From assembly GCF_000012805.1 (NCBI RefSeq), contig NC_007484.1:1410001-1442000 (forward strand): DNA of 32,000 nt, in the 5' to 3' direction. A program made the translations under genes and the position numbers. Below the pieces are notes generated by a model. That model did not search any database. It had not been told where the DNA came from and worked only from the letters and a program-made list of their open reading frames with translations. How positions within the stretch are numbered: position 1 is the first letter of the stretch; every line of letters begins with the position of its first letter. Shown here in pieces: positions 9,126 through 18,082 of the stretch. The DNA is from Nitrosococcus oceani ATCC 19707 (lineage in GTDB: Bacteria > Pseudomonadota > Gammaproteobacteria > Nitrosococcales > Nitrosococcaceae).

Positions 9126-9656
9126 ATGGGCGGATCATTATCAAGCAATGATGCAAAAGTACGGGATCAGGAGCGAGGCGAGATGCTTGCGGATTACTGG
9201 CCCTTGATCTCCCTAGTAGGCGGCTCTGCACTGGCAGCGTGGGCAATTGCTGATGGTTTTGCCAGTGTTGATATGCGCACCTTTATGCATGCTTATATGG
9301 GTGTATTTTTGCTTGTATTCGCGTTATTGAAGATTTTTAACTTAAACGGCTTTCAGGACGGATTTGTGATGTATGACCTGTTGGCCAAGCGGGTCAGAGC
9401 CTACGGCTATGTTTATCCTTTTATTGAGCTGGCCCTTGCCATTATGTACCTTAACTTCATGGCGCCTGAGTTTACCTACTGGGCTACCGTGGGGGTTTTT
9501 AGCTTTGGTGCGATTGGCGTCGTAATAGCGTTGCGGCAGGGACTTGATATCAATTGCCCCTGTATGGGCAGCGTGCTTTCGGTTCCTCTCTCTACCGTAA
9601 CCCTAACGGAAGATATCGGCATGCTGGTAATGGCGCTATTGTTATTGTTCGTTTAG
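9126..9656 (+). CDS. MauE/DoxX-like small integral membrane protein with an intramembrane CPC motif
   Basis: Four predicted TM helices. The motif DINCPCMGSVLSVPLSTVTLTEDIGMLVMA resembles the CxC-containing helix of MauE-family proteins. The SD gggagg lies upstream of the ATG. Confidence 0.5.
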   Translation: MGGSLSSNDAKVRDQERGEMLADYWPLISLVGGSALAAWAIADGFASVDMRTFMHAYMGVFLLVFALLKIFNLNGFQDGFVMYDLLAKRVRAYGYVYPFIELALAIMYLNFMAPEFTYWATVGVFSFGAIGVVIALRQGLDINCPCMGSVLSVPLSTVTLTEDIGMLVMALLLLFV

Positions 9657-9675
9657 TAGCCGTTTCCCGAGTACA

Positions 9676-11373
9676 CTACAATATGAGAGAGCCGAATAAC
9701 AGGAGAGCAATCGTCAAGAATAGGAGGCCAAAGTTCTTCCAACGCCGCAAGACTGTTTCCAGATAGGCTGAGGCCGTGGGGAGATCCCATTGTCCCGATA
9801 ACCGCTGGGGTAGAGTAAAGATTTGAGACCGGAGCTGAAGGGTTTGATAAATTATCCCATTAGCCCCGCGAGCAAGGAAGCTAAACCATCGTTCGATCAG
9901 AATCAAAATATCGCCGCCAGGAATAAACCAACTCATTCTAAGCCGGTGGCATAGTAAGCTTCCTAATATAAAAAAAGCGATGCCCAAGAGAACACCCCAC
10001 CCTCCGCTTTTGATAGCGGTTAATGTAAGGGAAGCTGCGGCGGCTTGCTCGGCGGCAGGCCAAAGCCAGGTAGCGAAGTTAACAGCAAATAAAAGCACTA
10101 CGGCAGGTAGCCACATTCCTGGAGGTAGGCGGCCCCCTAAGTCTTTAGGCCAGGTGAGGTTAATAAATCGCGCCATGAGCAAAGTCGTTCCCAGACTGGA
10201 GGCAAACAAAAGGCCAGGCAACCCATCACTCCACGGCGGAACAGTTAAAGGACTTAGGGATTTTAAGGCTGTTTTGGCAATGATTCCGCTGGTAAAAGGG
10301 GCGCCCGCTAGGACAAGCGCCGGAAACAAAAGGGTCAGGCGTACCAAAATTCCGCCGCTATGGCGGGTTAGTCCTACGGCCAGGAACAATATGCCTTTAG
10401 CTAGAGCATGATGAAGGGCAAAGAGGGTAAGGATGGTGAGTACCAGAGGCCAGTGGGCGGGCGCCCCTAAACCAACGCCGACTCCGAAGGTCATGAGCCC
10501 TATTTGGCTAATACTGGAATAGGCCAGAAGAATTTTGGGCTCCCGCTGGGTTAGGCCCACCAGCATGCCATAGAAAGCAGCGGCAAAGCCGGCTATCATC
10601 AATCCATTGCCCCACTGGGGAAGGGCCATTTCTCCCAAGGGCAAAAATCGTAGCCAGCCGAGCAGTCCGGCATTAATCATGGCCCCCCCTAAGACCGCAC
10701 CCCCTGGCACGGGGGCTGTCCCATAGGCCAGGGGTAAGGAGAAATGTAGAGGCAGGAGTCCCAATTTAATGCCAAAACCTATCAACAACAGGGTTAAAAC
10801 CACCGGACCGTAGATTGAGGGAGAGGAATGACTCATCTCTACGGTGCCTGTTTTGACAGCCAATAATATAAGGGCGGAGAGCAAACAGGCTTCACCGATG
10901 ATAACCAGGGTTAAATACACACGTCCGGCCCGTCTTGCTTCTTCGCTCCCTGGATGGACGATTAAACCGTAGGCGGCCATGCTCATTAAAGCAAACAAGA
11001 ACAGAAAGCTCGCCGTATCCTGAGCCAGGATCAGCCCTAGATTGCCAGTCATGGTGAGGAGATAGAAGAAAAAGAACCGCTCTCGGTGAGGATCTTTGGC
11101 CTGGTAGCAAAGGCCATAAAGGCCGGCCAGCCACCACAGCAAGGCAGTAAAAGAAAGAAAGAGAGCGCCGGTAGAATCTAGACCCAAGCGTGTCTCTAAA
11201 AGTAGCCACGGAATCTGAATTTCAGTGCCCACCGGCAACCAGTAGCTGGCTACTAACGCCGGAAGAGCGGCCCAAGGAGTGAGCCGAGTGATAAGCGGAC
11301 GCAAAGCGGGTATTGACCAGGCCAAGGCCAAGCCTAGGGGCAGAAGCAGGATGAGGGGTAGCACTAGACTCAT
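9676..11373 (-). CDS. Mrp/Mnh antiporter subunit D-like (NuoL/M/N, HyfB-like proton-pumping subunit), paralog 3
   Basis: Polytopic ND2/4/5-type sequence. I trimmed the 621-aa track ORF to the ATG at 11373-11371 (MSLVLPLILLL...), which overlaps the upstream stop as ATGA. Confidence 0.8.
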   Translation of the reverse strand: MSLVLPLILLLPLGLALAWSIPALRPLITRLTPWAALPALVASYWLPVGTEIQIPWLLLETRLGLDSTGALFLSFTALLWWLAGLYGLCYQAKDPHRERFFFFYLLTMTGNLGLILAQDTASFLFLFALMSMAAYGLIVHPGSEEARRAGRVYLTLVIIGEACLLSALILLAVKTGTVEMSHSSPSIYGPVVLTLLLIGFGIKLGLLPLHFSLPLAYGTAPVPGGAVLGGAMINAGLLGWLRFLPLGEMALPQWGNGLMIAGFAAAFYGMLVGLTQREPKILLAYSSISQIGLMTFGVGVGLGAPAHWPLVLTILTLFALHHALAKGILFLAVGLTRHSGGILVRLTLLFPALVLAGAPFTSGIIAKTALKSLSPLTVPPWSDGLPGLLFASSLGTTLLMARFINLTWPKDLGGRLPPGMWLPAVVLLFAVNFATWLWPAAEQAAAASLTLTAIKSGGWGVLLGIAFFILGSLLCHRLRMSWFIPGGDILILIERWFSFLARGANGIIYQTLQLRSQIFTLPQRLSGQWDLPTASAYLETVLRRWKNFGLLFLTIALLLFGSLIL

Positions 11374-12872
11374 CAGGGGGAGGGGTATTCCCGGACGGCA
11401 ATAAGGCGGGCCCATTCGGCGGGGCTGAAGGGGGCATGGGCCAGAAGACCAGCGCCTAGAGCCATGGCCGCGGTGATGAGGGGCGGCAGGAGTAGCATCC
11501 AGTGCGTCTCTAAGCGGCCACGGGATGTTTCCTCGGGCCAAGGATTTTTCTGGGGACTGAACCAGGCCCTATAAAGAATGGGTAGGAAATAGGCGGCATT
11601 CAATACACTGCTAAGAGCCAGTATCCCCAATACCCATTCGGCCTCCGCCAAGACAGCGCCATACCCCAAGTACCATTTACTGATAAAGCCGGCCAGGGGC
11701 GGGACGCCAATCATCCCCAAGGCGCCCAGGGTAAAAGCAGTCATGGTCCAGGGCATGCGCCGTCCCACGCCAGCCATCTCGCTAATACGGTGGATGCCGA
11801 GAGTTTGGGCCAGATTGCCGGCACAAAAAAACAAGGTGATCTTCATGAGCCCCTGATGTACTAGATGGGCCATGGCCCCAATGGTGGCAACTGGATTTAA
11901 AAGGGCGATCCCCAGGGCAATATAAGAGACTTGACTGATGGTGGAATAGGCTAGGCGGCGTTTGAGATCATCTTGAAACAGGGCCCGTACCGAGCCGTAA
12001 ATAATCGTAAAGGAAGCCAGCCAAGCCAGGGGTGCGGCCACGCCTAGCTTGGCAACAAATTCGACCCCAAAGACGTTGTCCACGATTCGGACGATACCGA
12101 AAGCGCCTGCTTTGACCACCGCGACCGCGTGCAAGAGGGCGCTGACGGGTGCGGGCGCTACCATGGCTTGGGGAAGCCAACCATGCAAAGGTACAAGGGC
12201 AGCTTTGACGCCTACACCGGCGATGAGCAGTGTAAAGATGATGGTCAAGGTTTGGGGATCGATGGGAGGAGCCTCGGCCAGTAGTCCTCCCTCGGTGAAG
12301 CTAAGCGGTCCCGCCAGCGTTTGCAGCCAGGCCATGCCCGTTAGCAGCAGCACACCTCCCATTAAGGTATAGCCCAGATAAATTTTACCCGCGCGCAAGG
12401 ACTTCTTTGTCCCTCGGTGAGTCACTAGGGGATAAGTGGAGAGGGTTAGCATTTCGTAAAAGATAAAGAAGGTTATCAGGTTACCGGCAAGGGCAATCCC
12501 TACCGTGGCGCTTACGCACAGACTGAAAAAGCCGAAAAAGCGGCTTCGATGAGGGGAGGCTTCCAAATAACCTATGGCATAAAGCGTAGTAAAAAACCAC
12601 AAAATCGAAGAGAGGGTGATGAATAACACCGATAGGGTATCTGCCCGGAGCAACAAATCCATCTCCGGTAGTAGAGGCAGCCGGGTCTCGTAGCTTTGGT
12701 GGTGGAAAACCCCCCAGACTAAAGCCGCCACGAGCAGCAATTTGAGGGTTGCCGCCGCCATATTGAGGGTAGTACGGGTCCTATAGGCACGTTGGGGGAG
12801 AAAAAAGATCACAATTCCGGCTCCCAAAGAACTCAATAGGATAAGCACTGGCAGCCAGAAGCTCCAATTCAT
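11373..12872 (-). CDS. Mrp/Mnh antiporter subunit D-like (NuoN/ND2-type), paralog 2
   Basis: ND2/4/5-type motifs (..AYSTISQVSYIALG.., ..HLVHQGLMKITLFFCAG..). ATGA overlap with the upstream gene at 12869-12872. Confidence 0.85.
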   Translation of the reverse strand: MNWSFWLPVLILLSSLGAGIVIFFLPQRAYRTRTTLNMAAATLKLLLVAALVWGVFHHQSYETRLPLLPEMDLLLRADTLSVLFITLSSILWFFTTLYAIGYLEASPHRSRFFGFFSLCVSATVGIALAGNLITFFIFYEMLTLSTYPLVTHRGTKKSLRAGKIYLGYTLMGGVLLLTGMAWLQTLAGPLSFTEGGLLAEAPPIDPQTLTIIFTLLIAGVGVKAALVPLHGWLPQAMVAPAPVSALLHAVAVVKAGAFGIVRIVDNVFGVEFVAKLGVAAPLAWLASFTIIYGSVRALFQDDLKRRLAYSTISQVSYIALGIALLNPVATIGAMAHLVHQGLMKITLFFCAGNLAQTLGIHRISEMAGVGRRMPWTMTAFTLGALGMIGVPPLAGFISKWYLGYGAVLAEAEWVLGILALSSVLNAAYFLPILYRAWFSPQKNPWPEETSRGRLETHWMLLLPPLITAAMALGAGLLAHAPFSPAEWARLIAVREYPSP

Positions 12873-14350
12873 GGCAGCAAATATTGGTAAGACATAGGGG
12901 CGCCGATCTCAATGAGAGTCAGGGGTGTCTGGGTGATAAAACCAAGGCAGATGGCCATCAGGGCGAGCAGGAGTGCCGGCCATTCCATCAACCAGGGAAC
13001 GGGACGGTAATGGGCTTTGCTTGGGGCTTGCATGAAAACGTAGGACAATACTCGAAAAACGTAGCCAGCGGCGAGCAAACCGCCCAGTACAATAATGATT
13101 GCCCACCCCCACTGGCCGTTGGCAATGGCGGCGGTAAGCAAAGACCACTTGGCTAGAAAACCCGCACTTGGCGGCAATCCCATGAGGCTAACCCCCGCTA
13201 ATCCAAAGGCAAAGGCGGTGACGGGTAGGTGCCGGCTGATTCCGTTTAGGTTTTGAATGCGATCTTGTTGCAAGGCGTAAAATATGGTGCCAGCGGCTAA
13301 AAACATGCCTCCTTTTGCTAGGCCGTGGGCGAGGGTGTAATAAAGCGCGCCGCTCCAAGCGGTGGATGCCGCCATGCTATCTTGGGTCAAAGGAAAAACC
13401 AGAAACAGATAGCCCAACTGGGCCACGGTGGAATACGCCACCAGGAGTTTGAGACGTTGGGTCTGCAAAGCCTGAATGGAACCCCAAAGAATGGCAATGG
13501 CGCCTAGTAGCCCTAGCAGGTTAGCCGCCGCCCCAGTGGTGCTATCGGGAAAAACAGTAAACCATAGCCGTAGCAAGAGATAAAAGGGAGCTTTGACTAC
13601 CAACGCCGAGAGGGCGCTGCTGACCGGTGTAGGCGCATTGGCATGGGCTGGAGGCAGCCAAAAATGGAGGGGGAAAAGGGCGGTTTTTAAGAGCAGCCCC
13701 ACCCCCATCAAGGTAAGTGCTGTCCTTGGCAAGGGTCCGGCCTGGGCTGCTTGGCCCAAGGAAGCCATATCAACGGTGTGGTAGCCAGCATACAACAAGC
13801 CGACACCCAATAGATAAAATAGGGAGCCTAACAATCCTACCAGCAGATAACGCATAGCGGCGTTCAGGGCCGACGCCTGGCCTGAAAGCCCCACCAGCGC
13901 CACGGAAGCCAGCCCAATTAATTCTAGGGTAACATAGGCATTAAAAATATCGGCGGTAAGAAAAAGGCCGTTTAGGGCGGTCCACAAGAAGAGCCATAGG
14001 GGCCAAAAATAACCGGAGCCATGGTTGTGTTGGCGAAACCCAGCGTAGCCCACGCCATAAAAACTAACAAAAAACCCTACGGCGGCTGTCAGCAGGAGCA
14101 TAAGCGTACTGAGGCCGTCCACATAGAGATCAATCCCGAGGGGAGCGCCCCAACCCCCGATGGAATAACGTTGGGGGCCCTCTGTAAGCACTTTTTGCGC
14201 AAGCGCGATCACGCTCCATAGTATCCCCATGGCCGTTATGAGGCCGATAAGATTTTGGTAGCGATATATGGCGAAAGTCAGGAGTGCCCCCGTTAGGGGT
14301 AGGACCATGAGCCACACGGGCCAGTGGATGCTTTGCTCGAAGATTGCCAT
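12869..14350 (-). CDS. Mrp/Mnh antiporter subunit D-like (NuoN/ND2-type), paralog 1
   Basis: ND2/4/5-type motifs (..VAYSTVAQLGYLFL.., ..TLAHGLAKGGMFLAAG..). ATG confirmed at 14350. Confidence 0.85.
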   Translation of the reverse strand: MAIFEQSIHWPVWLMVLPLTGALLTFAIYRYQNLIGLITAMGILWSVIALAQKVLTEGPQRYSIGGWGAPLGIDLYVDGLSTLMLLLTAAVGFFVSFYGVGYAGFRQHNHGSGYFWPLWLFLWTALNGLFLTADIFNAYVTLELIGLASVALVGLSGQASALNAAMRYLLVGLLGSLFYLLGVGLLYAGYHTVDMASLGQAAQAGPLPRTALTLMGVGLLLKTALFPLHFWLPPAHANAPTPVSSALSALVVKAPFYLLLRLWFTVFPDSTTGAAANLLGLLGAIAILWGSIQALQTQRLKLLVAYSTVAQLGYLFLVFPLTQDSMAASTAWSGALYYTLAHGLAKGGMFLAAGTIFYALQQDRIQNLNGISRHLPVTAFAFGLAGVSLMGLPPSAGFLAKWSLLTAAIANGQWGWAIIIVLGGLLAAGYVFRVLSYVFMQAPSKAHYRPVPWLMEWPALLLALMAICLGFITQTPLTLIEIGAPMSYQYLLP

Positions 14351-14387
14351 GAAATCCTGGGATAGGAGGGTAGTGTTTTTTTAAGGG

Positions 14388-14705
14388 TTATTCCGAGGGA
14401 GAACCATCATCGAGTTCCGTCCGCCCCGTTTTTGCTTTGACTCGAGCCGCGAGGGCTAATCCGAGCAACATGGAAGCTGAGGCCACTACAATTCCCGTCA
14501 GTACCATCGCTTGAGGGACCGGATCGGAGATCGCTTCCGGGCTGCGGTAAGCTGCGGCCACATAGACTAAAAAAACCCCGCTAGCCATGATGTTGAGGGC
14601 CAGAATTTTACGCAGCAGATGGGAATGGACGAACAGGGCGTAGAGGCCCAGGATGAACAATCCAATTCCCGTTAGGATATAAAGTAAAGCGGGCGTGAAT
14701 ATCAT
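14388..14705 (-). CDS. mnhC: Mrp/Mnh antiporter subunit C (NuoK-like), 105 aa
   Basis: Trimmed from the 252-aa track ORF to MIFTPALLYILTGIGLF... (ATG 14705-14703, ATGA overlap with the mnhB-like stop). Three TM helices of NuoK-like size. Confidence 0.8.
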   Translation of the reverse strand: MIFTPALLYILTGIGLFILGLYALFVHSHLLRKILALNIMASGVFLVYVAAAYRSPEAISDPVPQAMVLTGIVVASASMLLGLALAARVKAKTGRTELDDGSPSE

Positions 14706-15412
14706 GGCTGGTTGTTGGTATGTCTGCGAGGTTGGCCACCCGCAAAAAGGGCGGCTAGGATTACCCCAATGGAAAGAGCGGCGGGAAACTCCAACCACAA
14801 AATCTTGGTTTTCATCCACTGGGGAGAAACCGCCAACAGCAGATCCCCGCCCACAAGGGGAATCATGGCTACGGTGAGAAAAATGGCGATGCCTAGCGCC
14901 GCGGCAAGGCGTAGCCAGATTTCCGGGGGGAGAGGAATCTCCGAAAGATTGGAGAGGCGAAAAAGTGCCCCTATTGTGCCCAACATGGCTCCGCCCTGGA
15001 AGGCGCCGCCAGCAGCGCTTCCCCCTGCCCAGACTAGATAAAAGAAAGCGAGGGCCATGAGGGGAAGCACCAGCCGCAGAAAATCGAGCAAGATAGGACC
15101 AGGAGGACTCGGGGAGGGGGGGGGAGGGGCTTCCCCGAAGGACCATACGCCAATGAGGGCTAGGAGTAACACAGCCAATTCCAGCAAGGTATCGTAATCG
15201 CGAAAGAGCAACAGTACCGCCGTCACTGGACTGATTTCCCCGCCCGGCTCCTTAGCGGCAAAGACCATTGGCCCCAAGCCCGTTGCAATGGGAGCAAGAT
15301 CCATGACTCCCCGGATCAGAATAGCCATGAGCACTAATAGCAGGGATAGCAGTACGATCCTATAGGGATCTATCATGGTTGTGGTTGCTAATCGAGACTT
15401 ATTGGGGGTCAT
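14702..15412 (-). CDS. mnhB: Mrp/Mnh antiporter subunit B-like membrane protein
   Basis: The MnhB-type core (..VTAVLLLFRDYDTLLELAVL.., ..GGAFQGGAMLG..) carries a Pro-rich insert (EAPPPPSPSPPGP). The start is uncertain: ATG at 15412 (MTPNK..) or ATG at 15376 (MIDPY..). Confidence 0.7.
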   Translation of the reverse strand: MTPNKSRLATTTMIDPYRIVLLSLLLVLMAILIRGVMDLAPIATGLGPMVFAAKEPGGEISPVTAVLLLFRDYDTLLELAVLLLALIGVWSFGEAPPPPSPSPPGPILLDFLRLVLPLMALAFFYLVWAGGSAAGGAFQGGAMLGTIGALFRLSNLSEIPLPPEIWLRLAAALGIAIFLTVAMIPLVGGDLLLAVSPQWMKTKILWLEFPAALSIGVILAALFAGGQPRRHTNNQP

Positions 15413-15689
15413 GGTGGTCGGGATTCGGTTTGCTTTGCCTAGGCTGGCCATTACTCATTCGGCGCCAGGTCACCAGCAAGGCGGTGCCCGACAGACCCGC
15501 GCCGATAGCTGCCTCGGCGAGAGCAATATCGACGGCGGCTAGCCGCACCCAGGCTACTGCCATGATGAAGCTAAAGGCAACAAATAGCACGAGGGCTCGG
15601 AACAAATCTTGGCCGGCGAGCATCCGCCAGGCTAGCCAAAGTAGGGTAAGTGCCAGCAACCCATCGATGCTCCACTGCCAGAAATTCAT
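15399..15689 (-). CDS. DUF4040 / MbhD-like protein (equivalent to the MrpA C-terminal module)
   Basis: 96 aa, three TM helices, ..AVDIALAEAAIGAGLSG.. motif. ATGA overlap with the mnhG stop at 15686-15689. Confidence 0.65.
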   Translation of the reverse strand: MNFWQWSIDGLLALTLLWLAWRMLAGQDLFRALVLFVAFSFIMAVAWVRLAAVDIALAEAAIGAGLSGTALLVTWRRMSNGQPRQSKPNPDHHDPQ

Positions 15690-16000
15690 GGCTTATCCTT
15701 GGGCTGAATGCCCTGCTCTAATGTGGTTCGGGCAATGAGAAAGCTGGTAGTAGCGCTAGTAACTATCACCAATAGCCAGATCAAAATCAATTTGAGCGCG
15801 CTACTCAAAGTATCGGCCTGTAGCGCCAATCCAGCGACGAGAAGCCCAAGCCCCAGGTTATCCGCTTTGGTGAGGGCATGGAGACGGCTGTAGATATCGG
15901 GAAACCGCAGCAAGCCGAGGGTACCCACGATAAAGAAGAAGGTTCCCGACACGGTCAATACCGCACTTAACCACTGGCTGATAGACACCGGATTAGTCAT
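15686..16000 (-). CDS. mnhG: Mrp/Mnh antiporter subunit G
   Basis: Trimmed to MTNPVSISQWL... (ATG at 16000). Family motif GLLRFPDIYSRLHALTKADNLG. Confidence 0.75.
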   Translation of the reverse strand: MTNPVSISQWLSAVLTVSGTFFFIVGTLGLLRFPDIYSRLHALTKADNLGLGLLVAGLALQADTLSSALKLILIWLLVIVTSATTSFLIARTTLEQGIQPKDKP

Positions 16001-16265
16001 CGCTCTGGGGTGATGCGCTCCAGATATGCCGGATGAAGGCGATGGTGGCAACAGCCGCCAGCAAGGCAAGTACTAAGGCGACATTCTGTAGGGAAGGTGC
16101 CTGCATTGCTTCGGCCAATAACAATAAAACAGCCACGCTGGTGGTGCCAAAAAGTTGCGCGGCGAGCATCCGGTCTGCCGCCGTAGGTCCTCGCAGCACC
16201 CGAATGAGGCCCATCATAATGGTGGCGATGAGAATAAGCGCTAATCCTAAATTAAGAGATGTCAT
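15993..16265 (-). CDS. mnhF: Mrp/Mnh antiporter subunit F
   Basis: Trimmed to MTSLNLGLALILIATIMMGLIRVLRGPTAADRMLAAQLFGT..., which is MnhF/PhaF-like. About 90 aa. Confidence 0.7.
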   Translation of the reverse strand: MTSLNLGLALILIATIMMGLIRVLRGPTAADRMLAAQLFGTTSVAVLLLLAEAMQAPSLQNVALVLALLAAVATIAFIRHIWSASPQSDD

Positions 16266-16806
16266 TCCCGATTTTCTCATGATTGCTGCTATTAGTGTGC
16301 GGCAATCGAAACAGAGCTGCAATACGTGTTTCAAGGGCTTGGGCTTCGGCGGCAATCGGAGCCTGGGTATCCAAGACATGGAGGGTAAGGCTATGGCGGC
16401 GGATGCGCGTCACCAGGGTGCCAGGCAAAAGGTTAATCGCATTAACAAGCAAGGTATGGGCCGGCGTACCTGGAGACAATTGGGTTGGGAATTCCACCAG
16501 ACCAAGATTAAGGGGTAAACGGGGTTGAAGCACCCGTTTTGCCACATCGATGCCAGCACGCAATGATTGCCAGCAAAAAAATAGGATAAAGGATAACAGA
16601 CTAAGGTAATCCAATTTAAAAGGGATCGCCCGCGAAAAGCGCAGGCTAATGTAACTTGCTATTAGTATAGCGGGTACGCCTACACTCCAGGAAGCAGGAG
16701 TACCTCCCGTCAGAATCCACCATAGGCAGGCAAAGAGAAGTATTCGCACCAGGATAGGGCGCCAGGAAATTTGTAAGAACTGTTGGGTAGACGGGGATTT
16801 CAACAA
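16252..16806 (-). CDS. mnhE: Mrp/Mnh antiporter subunit E
   Basis: Two N-terminal TM helices plus an MnhE-like core (..SLRAGIDVAKRVLQP.., ..NAINLLPGTLV..). The track start at 16806 is TTG, so the exact start is uncertain. Confidence 0.65.
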   Translation of the reverse strand: MLKSPSTQQFLQISWRPILVRILLFACLWWILTGGTPASWSVGVPAILIASYISLRFSRAIPFKLDYLSLLSFILFFCWQSLRAGIDVAKRVLQPRLPLNLGLVEFPTQLSPGTPAHTLLVNAINLLPGTLVTRIRRHSLTLHVLDTQAPIAAEAQALETRIAALFRLPHTNSSNHEKIGNDIS

Positions 16807-16996
16807 GATTTTTCTCTCTTAACTTGGTCATTTGGTAGCTATGGTGGAGTTGTGAATAGGAGATAGTCTTATGATTTAAGAGTCCTCCTCCGGGCGTTTA
16901 TTATTTTCCCCCCATGCAAAAGTAAGTCAAGGATGGTCTATACTTAGTATTAAGAATAGTTTACTAAACAAATGATTAGCAAGCGGGTTAAGCAGT

Positions 16997-17929
16997 ATGA
17001 AAGAAATCAAGAATATCCTTCTGGCCCTTGATGGTAAATATCAGCGGCAGGCACTGATAGCCCAAGTGGCCGCAGTAGCAGAAAGCAGGGGCGCGCGGGT
17101 AACGCTATTGAGCGTTTTGGAATCACCGCCCAGCAAGCAGGAGGTAGGGATAGCGTCGTCGGAACTCCAGCAACTTATGACTGAAGAGCGGGCTGAACGG
17201 CTACAGTCTATCGCCTCGGAGCTTGAACAACATGGCGTCCAAGTAACAGTTAAGGTTGTCCACGGAAAAGCTTTTATGGAAATCATTCGTGAAGCTTTAA
17301 AAGGCAAGTATGATTTAGTCATGAAGCCCGCTGAGAGCGAGTCAAGCATAAGAAGTATTTTATTTGGCAGCACGGATATGCAGCTTTTGCGTATGTGTCC
17401 CGCTCCGGTTTGGGTTATTAAGCCCACTCACCATCCTCAGGTGAGTAAGATCATGATAGCAGTAGATCTATTGCCCCCTGATGAAGAAAAAACCGCCCTT
17501 GCTGACAGTGTGATGCAGTGGGGAAAAGTCATTGCTCACTTAGCTGGTGTCGAACTTGATGTGCTTCATGTGTGGGATCTGTATGGAGAAACCACCCTGC
17601 GAGGGAGAACGGTGCTGGCGGATACCGTTGATAATCTGGTGCAAAATGAGGAGCAACGCCACCGCCAGTGGCTGGATGAATCCCTTTCAAAAAACGGGTT
17701 AGCGCCAGAAAAAGTACGGATACACTTTTATAAAGGCGAAGCGAAAGAACTGATTCCTGCTGTAGCCAACCAAATGGAAACGGATCTATTGGTCATGGGG
17801 ACGGTGGGGCGGACCGGAATACCGGGTTTTTTTATCGGCAATACAGCTGATTCGGTGCTTCAGCAGGTGGATTGTTCCGTGCTTGCTATCAAGCCAGAGG
17901 GCTTTGTCACGCCAGTTAAAATCGATTAG
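16997..17929 (+). CDS. Universal stress protein, tandem USP domains (UspE-like)
   Basis: Two USP domains. The second carries the ATP-binding-type motif VMGTVGRTGIPGFFIGNTADSVLQQVDCSVLAIKP. ATG confirmed at 16997. Confidence 0.85.
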   Translation: MKEIKNILLALDGKYQRQALIAQVAAVAESRGARVTLLSVLESPPSKQEVGIASSELQQLMTEERAERLQSIASELEQHGVQVTVKVVHGKAFMEIIREALKGKYDLVMKPAESESSIRSILFGSTDMQLLRMCPAPVWVIKPTHHPQVSKIMIAVDLLPPDEEKTALADSVMQWGKVIAHLAGVELDVLHVWDLYGETTLRGRTVLADTVDNLVQNEEQRHRQWLDESLSKNGLAPEKVRIHFYKGEAKELIPAVANQMETDLLVMGTVGRTGIPGFFIGNTADSVLQQVDCSVLAIKPEGFVTPVKID

Positions 17930-18082
17930 GGCTCTCCTTGTGCCTGATGGAAGGGTGCTGAAGGTTCATTCGGCGCCAGGGAAGGGGGGCTGATTCCCAA
18001 AAAGATGCTCGCTGCTGCCGACTGCCAGAAGGCGGGATGCGCTTTCGCTTTCCCGCCCTACGTGCTATAGCTAAATCTATAA

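Noticed and set aside
11374-11541. N-terminal extension of the 621-aa ORF; the same applies to 14706-15146, 16001-16069 and 16266-16379
   Set aside because: The extensions overlap the preceding gene in another frame and are Pro/Arg/Gly-rich with no TM character. Internal ATGs give ATGA or short-overlap translational coupling and family-typical N-termini.
15455-17980. Shared 15-mer tcattcggcgccagg, at about 15455 and at about 17966
   Set aside because: A single exact 15-nt match in a 32-kb window is within chance expectation, and the flanks do not align.
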